DNA of 64,000 nucleotides from Rickettsiales bacterium (GTDB lineage Bacteria; Pseudomonadota; Alphaproteobacteria; Rickettsiales; G965195355): NCBI GenBank assembly GCA_965195355.1, contig OZ239627.1, positions 73,185 to 137,184 of the forward strand, read 5' to 3'. Shown piece by piece: positions 63,907 to 64,000 of this stretch (position 1 is its first letter; each line of letters starts with the position of its first letter). The notes under the pieces were generated by a model. It saw only the letters and a program-made list of their open reading frames with translations, ran no database searches and was not told where the DNA came from. The position numbers and the translations under genes were made by a program.

Positions 63907-64000
63907 TATAACTTCTGTATTTACTGATATGATAATTAGCAGGATGCTATATTATGTAGAGATGGAGTCAATTTATTTGAATTATGCGATCCGTTGTAAT

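Overview
AT-rich (roughly one-third GC by eye), very gene-dense window. It reads like the chromosome of a reduced, intracellular alphaproteobacterium of Rickettsiales/Holosporales type. All calls are by-eye motif recognition on the supplied translations; no database search was possible. About 45 housekeeping genes are recognisable: cls, rluD, hemF, radC, infC-thrS, dnaX-ybaB, eno, putA, mgtE, the alphaproteobacterial F0 operon atpB-atpE-b'-b, ftsA, nrdR, lipB, thyX, lpdA, tyrS, hemE, an Nfu-type Fe-S protein, ccmH, aroQ, rsmE, secF, surE, murD, rpsB/tsf, pyrH and ubiA. RNA genes are one tRNA-His(GUG) and a 4.5S/SRP RNA just upstream of dnaX. Flagellar genes are dispersed rather than clustered: fliG alone, a fliD plus divergent flagellin pair, and flhB alone. 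Between the core genes sit about 15 lineage-specific ORFs, mostly membrane-anchored and/or coiled-coil. Several of these carry short linear motifs typical of eukaryotic proteins. (1) 11921..13396 has two tandem ubiquitin-interacting motifs plus a C-terminal ESCRT-III-type MIM1 motif. (2) 29392..31155 is TM-anchored with two blocks of perfect 45-bp repeats encoding formin-FH1-like polyproline. (3) Two adjacent genes end in CaaX-like boxes (CCLS after a Ras-like Cys-rich tail, and CIPS). (4) 51425..52303 has NPxY and PPxY motifs. (5) 38271..41507 is a 1078-aa tail-anchored coiled-coil protein. Together these look like a host-targeting effector repertoire aimed at ubiquitin/ESCRT, actin and lipidation; this is the most interesting hypothesis here and remains an inference. 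Other oddities: an in-frame rpsB-tsf fusion ORF; a processive GT2 synthase plus small beta-barrel gene pair overlapping the end of the F0 operon; three ORFs split by in-frame stops and one by a frameshift (ongoing pseudogenisation); long poly(A) tracts and a (TGT)8 microsatellite inside coding regions; a pseudo-peptidase XRE/S24 repressor next to tRNA-His; and a CDS whose 3' end overlaps that tRNA. No CRISPR array, transposase or integrase was seen.
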